A stretch of DNA of 64,000 bases from Catajapyx aquilonaris (lineage: Eukaryota): contig JYFJ02001019.1 of assembly GCA_000934665.2 (NCBI GenBank), positions 1 through 64,000 of the forward strand. Reading direction: 5' to 3'. Shown here in pieces: positions 11,685-23,768 of the stretch. The translations under genes and the position numbers were made by a program. The notes below the pieces were generated by a model. That model did no database searches, was not told the origin of the DNA, and worked only from the letters and a program-made list of their open reading frames with translations. Every line of letters starts with the position of its first letter. The first letter of the stretch is position 1.

Positions 11685-14600
11685 CTACACGAGGATTCTG
11701 CCTTCAAGCGCATACTCACTCCTGCGGTCCTTGTGACGGTCCCTGTCCCGACTATGGCTGCCCCTCTTCCGGTGTGTGCGAGAGCGGCTGCGGGAGCGCC
11801 TGCGATGTCTTGCACACAAAAAATTGCCATTAGTATATTGAAAATTTCAGACATTCCTTATCAGACCTAACCCTTGTCACATCAACTGCATAACTCGAAG
11901 TTTTACATTGAAATTATCTAACTTAAATGTCCGATGGCTGCCACTCACTTATTTTTTGATGGGCTCCGACTGCTTCTCCCTGAACGGTTGTGCCTGTCCC
12001 TGGAGCGACTGCGGCTCCTACCTCTCCTCCTGGAACTGGAGTGGTGGCCACTCCCTCTGTCTCCACCCCTTCCATCCCCAGTACTTCCAGATACAGATGC
12101 TCCCCCACTACTTTTCTCCCCTGCATCCCCACTTGACCCTCCTCCCCACCTCCTCCCCTCCCCTCCCCTTTCCTCCCTACGACGATCATCTTCCATTCGA
12201 TGCTTGTCTCTCTCCTTGCGTTCTTCATCACGCTTCCTATCACGTTCCTCTTTTGCCTTTTGCCGGTTGTCCTAAGTAGGAAAAAAGCCACAATAAAGAG
12301 ATACTGACACCCATCCAAAATATATGAGATGGCATGTAGAGCATGTGTGTATAAAGCATCTGTAGTTTGCCCAAGTCATTCTTGCATGGATTTTTGTGGA
12401 TTTGTGGAGTACACTTGCCAGTCATAAAGGAAACCCTGCATATGCAATCCTCTACTGAAAAAATCTCACTGTTCTAGCAACTTTCTACTGGACTGCATGG
12501 TAACAAAAGTATGGATTGGATTCTTTCCAGTGTAATATTTTATGTAATATTTCTTTAATAATTTTAAACCATGGATAACAAAATTACAGATGCAGGAGGA
12601 ATACTGTATCAACTTTCAATTTTGTTGTCAGGGGCCATTTAACATTTTGGGATTGTACACAACTGGGCAAAATAGCAGTCCTTGGAACATTTTCCAACTT
12701 GGATGGCATGAGTAGTGGCGACAGTAGCTGTCTCCACTTGCACTGCCCACACTCGGAAAATGTTCAAGGGACGGCTATATTGTCCAGTCGTGTCCCTGCT
12801 TCACCAATAATGCTTACCAAAATCAATCAACTCTTGCAGTTATGGTCTCACAAAAACCGCCTCTCTCACAACAACATGACATCACCCTACTCACCATGAT
12901 CTCCTCCACGGTGACCTTAAGACGAGCATATCCCATGTGCTGTTTTCCCATGAGGTGGTCGTCAATCCTCTGCTGTGCATCTCCCACAATTAGAAATGCA
13001 CCACAAATCTCACAGACTTCCATCTGCTTTTCCTGTGCAGCAGCCATCTCAGCTGTCTGCTGCCAATGCGAATTCTCCACTTGCCTCCTCAGCTGCTCTC
13101 TCTCTTCTTTAAGCTGGTCACAAAGCTTCATAAGTCCTTGGGCCTGCTCCACTTTTCCCTCTGTCCCTTGTTGCTCAGCCTCAGCAACAAGGCGATTTAT
13201 TTTATCTGACAGCAGGGATATCTGTTCTTCGTTGCGAAGCTGTTGAGCAGGTGTCAGCAAGGGCATATCTCCTTTTTGGGCTAAGGAGAGCCTCTGTTTG
13301 CCCTTCTTGATCTTCTTCTCCACATCATTAAGCATGGACTGACAGAAGCGTACAAACTCATCCTCATATATCTGCTTCTTGTAGGTGACTGCCTTGTCAT
13401 ATTGTGTCTTGAGCTCATCATCATGTAACTTCAAGCATGGACCCAGGTCTGCTTTGGTATTCACAAATAGCTCGTGTGGGCAAAACTTCACTAGATGGTA
13501 CTTACAAACCTGTAAAATCAAATTCCCTATGGTCAGATATGCTAATCAGTCTGGTGCAAGGGACAACAACACAATAAAGAGCCAGTCATTTGCACAGCAC
13601 ATGGTAAATATTAAGCCTCTAAAAGTTTGCTCAAAGGTATGTATGATGTCAAGCCTAACATGACGATTAGTTCACAAATATTAGAGTCCATAAAACTGAC
13701 CTTTGCAGATATGTACTAAATTATGAAATATCATTCTTAACAATAGTTTAAATTCTCTTGAGCCATTTAAAAATTCGTAAAATGTCCCGAATAACAGCAC
13801 ATGAATAATCCCAAGAGAGAAGTACACCTCTCCAGGTGATTAAGGTAGTTCTTGCGCTTGGAAACGGGGGTAAGGGGGAGGGGTGTTGAGCCTATGTTTA
13901 TACATGGGGCGAGCTGGCCAGTACCAACTTCTGCGATTGTAAGACATTTCTGCTAGTATTTCTCTGAAACAGAGTTTTGAGTACGTGTTTCGCGTCGGAT
14001 ACGTTACATGAACATTTATTTGGGGGATAATAATTCCCTCGTGCACTTTTGTCCCGGAGAAGAGCAGAAATATGGCTGTTCCAAATACCGGAAAAAGTGC
14101 GCGAAATCCGACAACGTTGCATACTTTGGTAGCCCTTGTCAACAACGTATCGATGTATCGATATTTCCCCCCAGCGATATATCGAGTACTCGATAGTTAG
14201 CCCAACTATCGATATTACAGTATATCGATATTTTAATGAAATTATTGTTATTGTTATTGTTATTAAAATATATTATTAATATTATTATTATTGCCCCTTT
14301 TAACTCTTGCACATCCCTATATCGTAAAACGAGCCCTATATATTAATTTTATACTCTTAAAACGAGCTCAGAGCGATGCCTGGGACTTTCAAAACTCGCG
14401 CCCCCTACTATATTGTTGTGGCGGCGTTGCCCATTCATCGCTGGGAGCCGTGACTACCCCGCAGTTTTGAAGGGATTGTGGAAGAACGGGCCTGGTGACG
14501 TATTGGTTTCTTGTGACAAAATAATTTAGTACGAATGTGGCTACACAGTGATTAGTTTTTTGTGATCGTGGCACCATTTTCACGGGATCTACGGGGGGAA

Positions 14601-17600
14601 ATATCGGTTCCTGGATGCCCCTCTCCATAAGCCGCCATGTATAAGACCTCAAGTTCAGAGATGAAAATCTCCGAAAGTATTTAGTAGAAGTCCTTTATAT
14701 TTTACAGGCTCATTAGTCACATAACAGGGAACAACTGGTGTAATTTTAAATTCTCTGCCACCATTTCGTCTTAGCGCAAGAACTACCTTAAAAGTGATGA
14801 AATCAATATAGAATGAGTATTACCTCAGGAAAAGTGTAGGTCCATTCATTTATAAGATGGCATAGCCTTGGTGTAAAATCAGTGTAAGTCGTGTATTTAT
14901 ACCACAACAGAGGGGAGAGCCTACAACCCCACTGCATTTGCAAAATCTGGGACATTAAAAACAAGCACCTAATCAATGTAAGGCTTCTGTTCACCAGCTT
15001 ACACAGGTGACAACACAGTATATGCTGACATCCTTGCACTGTACCTTACACCGCACTGGTAATACAGTAAATGAATACAGTAGAACTAGTGGCAACACAG
15101 AATTTACAGTACTGTATCAGCATTGCTTCTGCAAAACTGCCCCTCCCATCCCAAAAGCTCATACAACCTGTATCATGCAATCTGAATTGAATCCCAATAA
15201 ACCAACACCACGATTTTCAAATATCATATGCATAATTGAAGGGCTTGGTGCAAGAAGGGGATAAATCCAATTTTGATCGGAAGGACTTCATTGGCCGCTC
15301 GGATAGGAAAAAAAGGCCGATCATTAGGTGCAAGAATGAGAGTCATCCAGCTGGAAACGAGCATGTCATACAGGCTGTGGATATATACCCCAGCTCCCTT
15401 TGGTAGTAAGAAGGGGGCAGATCCGGAGGTTTTTTGTGTCCCCTGTAAAGTTTTGTTTTTGGCACTTATCCCCTTCTTGCACCAAACCCTTCAATTTTCT
15501 AAAAGTTAGTGAATTATTCTGTGAAAAGGATGAGGAAAGTTAAGGGGCACAGTAGCAAAAATACGCTATCACATTATTTTCAGAGTGAACTTTTTTTTTT
15601 GTTGTTGCGAAATGCATCGTTAATCTGAAAAATACACACTTCCTGCCAACAAAGAAAATTGGGTGTCCACAGTATACCTGAACACAGAGTATAAAACGGC
15701 CATTATTCTCCCAACTGGACACTTACACTCTTAGAAATAGACTGGTTAATATGGGAATTCAGGGTACCGTATGCTTTTTTTTGTGAAAGCCTTGGGGAAG
15801 CTTTGACTTTGATGAGAGTGGCAAATGAAATATCACTCCAAAAAAACAGTGTAAGGTGAAGTGGGGTAAGTGCGTACCGCCTTTTGGAAACATGAACTTT
15901 CTGCAGCGATTGCAAAAAAACAAAACAAAAATTGAAATTCTTTCAACATACGCATAGAAGAGCCATACATTTGGCTTTCATTTCCTGTAAGTGTCTTTGT
16001 GATATCAACTGTTGTGTACGGAGTGTACCCAATACATGGTATAATCCAACACAAGGTCCAGTGTACGGACTTACCCCGCCTCTTGGGGTAAGTACGTACC
16101 CGCCCTGTGTGCTCCCCCTCTAAACTACAAGCAGTGAAATCTGAGGATAGTGCGTACATCTCCACATATCGATCTCCCCGTTATTTAAAACTCCGCTAAA
16201 ATATATGAAAGTTATGAAATTTTTAAGTCTGCAACTTACACTGTCTGCTTCGCTTACCATGCAATCACTGTAATTCACCTAACAATGCTCACCTCTTGTG
16301 GGGATGTTATGTGCAGCTTCACAAAAGAGTGCCTGACGCGTTTTGGTGTCTTGAAGATCCCTTCTGGTGGCTGGCAAGTCAATCTGCCTATGGGTGCCAA
16401 AAAAAAATATCCCGAAAAATAAGTACGGTACTTCTCGGTACTGCTAGCTATCTTTAGTCATGTCTAAATAAAATAACTTACAATGCTCTTTAACAATCAC
16501 CTCCTGCTCGCTTGACATTTTTGGTGTGTCCAGAATGCCTTCTGCACATTTACCGAGCATTGTAAGTGTACTATTTATTTCATTTAGACATGACTAAAGA
16601 TAGCTAGCAGTACCGAGCAGTACCGTACTTATTTTTTGGCATATTTTTTTTTGGCATCCACCCGTAGGCAGATTGACTTGCCAGCCACCGGAATGGGTCT
16701 TCAAGATGGCGGCAGACAATGGAGGGACCACTGGAGGGACTTCCGCCACCAGCGCCGTCTGGCCAAGACACAGTTATTAACCTACCGTCACCATACATGT
16801 AGGTGGGCTGTGTCACGGGGCTGACTTACCCCATGTATGCACTTACCCCACTTCACCTCAGTCAGTGAAAATTTCCTTTTGCCAGTTCCAGGGTTGCAGG
16901 ACTTCAAAAACAAAAACATATGTGCGGTTCCCTGACCCATTTGTGTTGGTGTACCTATGTGGCACAGGTGTGATTGCACCAATACTGTCCATCATGTGGT
17001 CCTGCCATGCATGGTCTATTGCATAGCCCAATTATTTTAGATGTGAGGTTAGCAAGCTGGGCACGTACTGTGGGTTTGCATGCTCCCCAATACTGGCCAA
17101 CTTGTGTGCCGCAAGCCAAGGAACATTATTGTGGTTATGCCAATCTGTCTCATATCAATTGAAGGCTCAGGATCGGGCACCAGAACATGTCATTATGGCC
17201 TCCAATGTAGATGCAGATTGGCAACGCCACATAATGTTCCTTGGCCTGTGGTACACAAGACAGACAGTAATGTTGTGGACACACAAACCCACAATAACCG
17301 CCCAGTTCGCTATGCTCACATTTAACTAACATCAAAGGGCACAGCAACAGACAGTGCCAGGTAGGGCCACAAGCCAGTCAGTACTGGCATGTTCATCCCA
17401 AAGCCACACAAATACACCAACACAGAGTATTTTGCCCAGAGATTTTGGTGTAACTGGAAAGCCCTGTGCATTCGACGTGTATCAAGTATTGATCATTCAT
17501 ACTATTGGCATCACTGTTGGGCAACAATATGGACATTGCGGCGATGTATTGGAATATGTGACGTGTGAAATTCTCATAATTTCTGTTCTATGGATTATAA

Positions 17601-17897
17601 CCTTGAAATGTCATTTGGCCACACTCGCCAGGGTCAGGCAGTACTCTTTTTTCTAGTAAATTTCAGGAAAGAAGCATAAGCCACCACCAACTCCCTTCAC
17701 TGACTGACAACAACTTGAAACAATATTATTTGGTGAGTCTTTGCCAGTGCAGGTCATCACCTCAAAAAGGACCGTGATTGAGGCCAACTTACGTCCGGGT
17801 CCTCCCAGTTGAGCTCGGTGGGTTTCTCGTTGGGCAGACTGTTCCTGTTCCTTCCCATCAACTCGTCCAGGAGAGCAGCCGCCGCCTGAACAGCCAT
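11685..17897 (-). CDS. LUC7L3: Luc7-like protein 3 (U1 snRNP-associated; two zinc fingers and RE/RS tail)
   Basis: Exons 17897-17793 (MAVQAAAALLDELMGRNRN), 13509-12895 (VCKYHLVKFCPHELFVNTKADLGPC...QEKQMEVCEICGAFLIVGDAQQRIDDHLMGKQHMGY), 12271-11949 (RE/RS-rich) and 11808-11720. The last exon either reads through to TAG at 11685 (388 aa; AATAAA at 11555-11560) or splices on to further exons. Confidence 0.93.
13844..14787. mobile_element. Non-autonomous DNA transposon with TTAA TSD (Kolobok-like)
   Basis: TTAA|GGTAGTTCTTGCGCT ... AGCGCAAGAACTACC|TTAA, a perfect 15-bp TIR. Confidence 0.8.
15238..15492. mobile_element. MITE with AATT TSD (Sola-like)
   Basis: AATT|GAAGGGCTTGGTGCAAGAAGGGGATAA ... 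TTATCCCCTTCTTGCACCAAACCCTTC|AATT. Confidence 0.82.
15854..16858. mobile_element. Pogo/Tc1-like non-autonomous element with an internal long hairpin
   Basis: TIR AGGTGAAGTGGGGTAAGTGC(G/A)TAC at both ends, TA/CA flanks. Internal inverted arms at about 16348-16488 and 16555-16707. Confidence 0.78.
16940..17425. repeat. Diverged long palindrome (old foldback element)
   Basis: GCCAAGGAACATTAT(T)GTGG at about 17115 pairs with CCACATAATGTTCCTTGGC at about 17228. Imperfect pairing extends outward on both sides. Confidence 0.65.
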
Positions 17898-18420
17898 CTT
17901 GCCTCCCAAATATCTCCTTCCACCCCGCGCGCGCCCTCCCCCGCTTTCCGCTGCCTCGCTCGCGTTCTTCCTGGCCTGCAGCTGCCTTCGACGGTCCTCC
18001 TCGTCCCTTCCTCAGTCGCCTTCCCTCTTTCCCCAGCGTCCGTCCCGCGATGGAGCTTCGGTGGACTCGAATCCGTCGCTTGGTAAACAGACGCCACCCG
18101 CAGGAGCGCCCGCCGACCCGAGACGAAAGGACAATCGGCGTATCCTGGGAGATGTTCGGGCAGCACCCACGTCTCTTTGCCTTCCTCCCCCTCCCCTACC
18201 ACTTTAATGTTACTTGTCCTATTGGCCGTTGGTCGGCGCTGTTCAGCTTGGAATAGGGCGCCACCCCACGGCCAATCTCAACACCATCACCTCCTGTAGG
18301 CGCGGGCTTTCAGACAGGTTCTTCAGTGGTTCAGAAGGCCGGTTGAGTCATTGGTTCAGACTCAGAGCAGTTCAGAGTTCAGACGTGGATCACTGCAACA
18401 GGTTGCAGTGGTTGGTTGCG
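17898..18420 (-). promoter_or_regulatory. LUC7L3 5' UTR and promoter
   Basis: CpG-rich, with several CCAAT/ATTGG motifs at about 18220, 18272 and 18350. Confidence 0.55.
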
Positions 18421-18425
18421 CGCAG

Positions 18426-18624
18426 TGGTGGGCAAATATTTCTCCCCTGCTTGGTTACCAATTGCGTTAATGTAAACAAACTCATCTCATTCTTGAGTTT
18501 TAGAACATAACGCTCATCTGTTTTAAAATCGAGTCCTGATTGGTCGACTGGTACGAGGCGGGGCTAATTATGGTTGCCAAGGACACAAGCCACCTCCCAA
18601 AACGCATGAGTTATCTTGCCCCTA
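18426..18624. mobile_element. Partial copy of the 19063-19369 MITE, inverted
   Basis: About 200 bp reverse-complementary to 19064-19266. Confidence 0.8.
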
Positions 18625-19062
18625 TGGCCTACTGTAGATAGTAATAAGTAGACTAGTCCAGACGAGGTGCTCAGGTGCACCTTTCTCGCACTCCCAGGGG
18701 AGCCACTGCTGTACTAGAGTAACACGCAACGGCGCTCAGCTTTGGCGCAACCAAAAAGCTCTCTGGAGTCTAGCATTAGCCACATATTATTTAACGTCGC
18801 TTTGTCTAAGACTCGAAGCACACTGCAGTCATCGCTAATTAACGGCCGGGAGCGAGTGGGAGGTAGGAAGTGGAAAGTCCTTGTCTTCTTTTCTACTCTC
18901 AAACTTCTGGGTGAGGAACTTAAAACCACAGTTCCGGCGGACATCAAGGGCCTTTCATATTCAACTGGCACAGGCATTTCCATTGTTGAAATGAATGCCT
19001 CATTGTCAGATGATGACTGGAAATAATGTAATATAATTATATTCCCGGCTGATTCTAGTATA

Positions 19063-19369
19063 CTAGGGATAAGATAACTCATGCGTTTTGGGAGGTGGTT
19101 TGTGTCTTTGGCAACCATAATTAGCCCTGCCCCCTGTACCGGTCAACCAATCAGGATTGGATTTTCGAAGGAGGTGCGCGTTATGTTCTAAAACCTCAAG
19201 AATAAGATGAGTTTGTTTACAATAAAGCAATTGGTAACCAAGCAGGGGGGAAATATTTCCCCACCAATCGTTCTAAATTCCATGCAAAAATCTCAGCAGG
19301 GGGCGGGGCTGATTATGGTTGCCAAGGACACAAGACACGCCCAAACCGCATGAGTTATCTTGTCCCTAG
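19063..19369. mobile_element. MITE with long TIRs
   Basis: TA|CTAGGGATAAGATAACTCATGCG ... CGCATGAGTTATCTTGTCCCTAG|TA. Confidence 0.85.
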
Positions 19370-21528
19370 TACAGATGGGACAAAAAGGACACTCGAGAAA
19401 TGTAATCATGAGAGGAATTGCACTTTATTTGTACTGTACACTGACGCTAGTACAGACTTCTGTAAAGGCATACTGGCAGCTATCACACACATTCATATCA
19501 ATAACATTAACCTAACTTTAAGTACAATGCAAACAACAAATGTCTTTCATATGTACAGTACCATAATTATACAGTTCGAGCTAAAAATAAATAAATATAA
19601 CACCCTAACCGGTAACTGCTTGAAGTAATAATAGTGAATTATGCTCGTACACGGTATATATTTTTGCAGGAAACATTTTGTTCATATATCCTGACAGGAC
19701 AACATTCGAGATGATCACAATCATGTACTCAGAAATCACGTTGGGAAGTTTCAGCCAAAGGAGTTCTGCAAGACCAGCATGCCCTTCCTTGGCAAGGGTA
19801 CGTGCCATCCCATTTGTTCCTACAAGGGTCTGTTCTGGACTTGCAGCAATGTCATGTTGGCTATAACAACACTTTATAATATGGCTTCAGGCAGCAGAAG
19901 TTCAGGAGTGGCAATTTTAGATATAAGAGAAAATAGAGAAGCGAACAAATCATGGCTTTGGCACCCCTTTCACCTGTGTTGCCCCTTACCAGACTCATGT
20001 ACAAGCTCCTCCCACTGATGAGCTAGACATTATGGTTGTACTGTACAGTAATACAGGTGTAGTTCAAAGGAAAACATAAGGCAGTACAGACCCACTATTT
20101 GCCTATCTATCAATCAGGAATCTCCCACAATTTACCCAAACAGGATTCCTTGGAACACTAAAGCCTGGTCAACCAGAAGAATGTGCCATCTCCTGCATGA
20201 GATAAATTCCAAGGAATCTTCTATGTTATCTTTGATTATAGTCCTGTAACTCCTCCTTGACAACCAGACTGTATAGTTCAAAGATAGTAGTGGGTCTGGA
20301 TTACTTGTTTTTGACTGAACAATGCAGTATACTGTAGTGATCCTTCAATCGAATATTTACAACTCCAACAAACAACTTTCTTCATATATGTGCCCCATAA
20401 CTCTTATCGTCATAGGGATCACCTGTCACACAAAAATGCTCTTCATCAAAAAACACCCTCCATAAACCAAAGAGTTCTGCTATTTTATACATAACTACGG
20501 TAGAGAGACGACTTGGGGTGAAATTTGAGGCAGGCTAACAATATTACCCTAGTAAAAATGGAGGACGCTTGACATTATTGGACTAATTGTTGTCCCAGTT
20601 GTCATTATTGGTTGTTGTCCCAGTTGCAAGACAACTGTCAGAATACAATATTACCCTAGTAAAGATGGCTGATGCCTCAGCCGGGGAAATGGGAAGGGAT
20701 AGGGAGTTATCTCTCTAGTTACTCTCTCTATGTATATTATAGCAGAACTCTTTGCCATAAACTGGCAACAAAGTTAACATTGAATGACAACAGGTGGTAT
20801 ACAATCATGTACTGTACTACTGGAGCCCTACTTATTTGTACCACGATTTCATGTTTGTACTGACTATGATACATTTGACAACTGACAGCCAAGTAATGAC
20901 ACTATTCATGGTAGCATAGTGCCAACATAAACATGATTTCATTTTTCTTACAATTGGCTGCTGTAAGCAAAGTAAGTCCAAGACATTATTCTCCACAAAA
21001 AATTCAATTTGGTCTAAAATTATTATTCTTGAACCTCTGCATTCTTCATTTCTACATCAGTGACATAATTATAACTCTATCAACTAAGGCCTAGTTGCAT
21101 CAGAGCTGGTTTGCCAATCAATAAGGGCATGGCCATGCCTGAACCTTAATCTTGTGCTGTTGCAACCAGCCCTAATAAGGGCATGTGGTGTGACAGCAAA
21201 TCAGGTAAAACTTCCAATTATGCATAGGTATCTGACAATTTCAAAAATTTTGTCCTTAATTTGTGTTCACACAACTGCCTCTACACTTATTGAAGCACAC
21301 TTATAATATTAGGTAAGCAAGCAAGTGATTCAACTTGCTCCATTGATGAGGTCAGTTGCAACATCTCATATTGTTATCATGGTGCTTGATGTATATTCCC
21401 ATAAACTACTATTGCACAATTAACAGATCTCCTATGTAAGTTATGGGCTCATGAGAATCTGCCTCTGAATTTTGACATTCTTTGGAACAGTTGGGGACTG
21501 GAGGGAGGAAGAAACATAAGTCTATTCA

Positions 21529-21824
21529 AGGGAGGCGTGGTAGTCTAGTGGTTACGCCACTGGCTAGCCAAGCGGGAGGCCGGGGTTCAAATCCCGTCCC
21601 CGTCACCTCTGCTTGGCCGGGTCTTTTTCCGCTTTTCACCCGACACGCCGGGGCAGCATTTCACTCCCTTAGCTGCCCGGGGCCAGAGAAAAGGTCTGGT
21701 GATCTGAGAGAGTCGTGAGTGACTATAAACCGTGGATGCCCCCCCCTTGGGAACCTTCCCCCTCCCCCCAAAACGAGCCGCAATGGCTCGAGCATGGGGT
21801 AACAAAAAAAAACAAAAAAAAAAC
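21529..21824 (+). mobile_element. tRNA-derived SINE (family B; Gly-GCC-like head)
   Basis: A box TAGTCTAGTGG, B box GGTTCAAATCC, A-rich tail. 11-bp TSD AAGTCTATTCA at 21518-21528 and 21825-21835. Confidence 0.92.
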
Positions 21825-22923
21825 AAGTCTATTCACATACCAGCTGTAGTATCACATCATCCCACTCTAAACCAGTGTAAGAAAGTCTTACACCACCTAC
21901 ACTGGCCTTGCACTCACCAATCAGAGTGATGTGCATCAAATAAGTTTACACTGGAATAAATGAATGCAGTGTAGCTTGGGCACGTCCCCTTCTACCCATG
22001 CAACAGATTGCAGAAATGTATTGTTTCCACTGGTGTCACACCAGGGATACAGTAGCCCATAAATGAATAGACCTAGTACCTACTAGGAAGAATGAGGCAG
22101 GGAGGAAGAGAGGGGCAGCTTAGTCCAAAAATGTTTAGTGACATACAGTTATCCCTGTGAGATTCCTAGGTAATTAGAAGACAATTATTTAGCACTTGTA
22201 TCTCAATACACAAATCAAATTTTGGTTTTGGCACGTCTGAATTAGGAAGCTTGAAAACCACTGAAAAATAATTGCAAAGGAGTTTTGATGTTGACAAAAT
22301 GAGCTTGTGGAAAGTTGATTATTATCCAAATCAATATTTTACAGCTCAACATTAATTTAATTATTTTAAATATTCAGTGCTATCAACACAGGCAAATCAC
22401 ATGTTGACATGGGAGCAAGGGAATTGTGCTGGTAATAGTCAAGTGTTCTTGCCCAAAACACAAATTTTCTGCATGGCCTTTTCACTTTTCTATTATGCCC
22501 AAATAACAAATTGTTGCAAAGAATTATGTGAAATTAGACATGTCAAATCAATATACTGTATCTATTTTCACCCCTACACCACATGCCTGAAAAAATTACT
22601 GCTGACCTCCCAATTTCATCAACATGTCCCACATAAAAATTAACTCAACAGGACTCATTTTGGTCTTATATCAATAGCTGAATAATAATCAGGCACTAAC
22701 ACTGGTAGACAGACTGCACATGAGTGGCTAGTGGAGTAGGATTGAAAAAGACTGCTGACAGGATGTTGCTTGATACCCTCAAATGAGATCTCTGAATATT
22801 TCCCAGTCACATTACACATATCAATTAGAGGGCACCACGACCTATAGATGTTGGTGTGGGTTAAATTAAAAAACTATGAAGAAAAATATAAAAAATAAAT
22901 GCTACAGACGATCTTGCTCTTAA

Positions 22924-23100
22924 GGGGCGTTTACATGTGAGCGATTTGATGAGCGAATTCATTGCTGGGTAACCCAAGTAACCAGTATTTTTCAAGGCGA
23001 AAATTGATTGTTATTTTCACCTCAAACAATATTGGTTACTTCGCTCGGCGGAGACTTGGCTCCGCATCACTTGTCAAATCGCTCACATGTGAACATACCT
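22924..23100. mobile_element. PIF/Harbinger-like MITE, copy 1
   Basis: TIR GGNGCGTTTACATGTGAGCGATTTGA with TWA flanks. Homologous to 30492-30657 and 45061-45368. Confidence 0.78.
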
Positions 23101-23768
23101 TTACTACATCCAGTTGAACCTGTACCCAGTCCTTCTTGTGCTGTGAGCCAAACCGCCATAGCCTTGTAGATCCCTCTGACACACACATGAGAAACAGCAC
23201 ACATGAAGGTTTCTTTTTCACATACTTCTCCCAATACTACATACTTCATGACACCAGCCTAATTAGGGTTAAACTGGGCAAATCACAGCAATGTAAGCAA
23301 TCTCAACATAAAAACTACTCTCCCTTGATTTCTACTGATATCTCAGCATTACATTGGTAACACCCACTCAGCAGAGTGTCACCAACCTTCTACTGTGTAT
23401 TTCAGTCTATTATATCCTACAAGTTATGTACCAAAAATAGGTTTTGATTTCCGATTTGCTGACAAGGGTATATCTATAAAAAGAAAATAAATAAAAAACA
23501 TACATGAAAAATCTGTAGGGAGAACATATGGGAAGACACTTGATAGCCGCAATGACTAAGATCCCCTGTCATGGAGACACGAGAAAGAGAAACATCATTC
23601 TTTGGTATGAGTTTGGCAAGCTCAAGCTGACTGCAGGTTTTCCCATTATTTTGGCCACTTTTCCTTTGGCCACATTGAAGTCAATTCTAAGTACAATATG
23701 TTTGAGTACACATAAAATTGAACTTTACGTATGAACAACCACTAAGACCCCTGAAAAGAGGAAGAGAC

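Noticed and set aside
18714..19118. 134-aa minus-strand ORF ending in a CaaX-like CVLL
   Set aside because: Its start lies inside a MITE and its end inside another small inverted-repeat segment (about 18649-18772). No recognisable domain or upstream exons; likely chance.
21531..21607. tRNA-Gly-like sequence
   Set aside because: The cloverleaf stems are mismatched and it is the head of a SINE with tail and TSD, not a tRNA gene.
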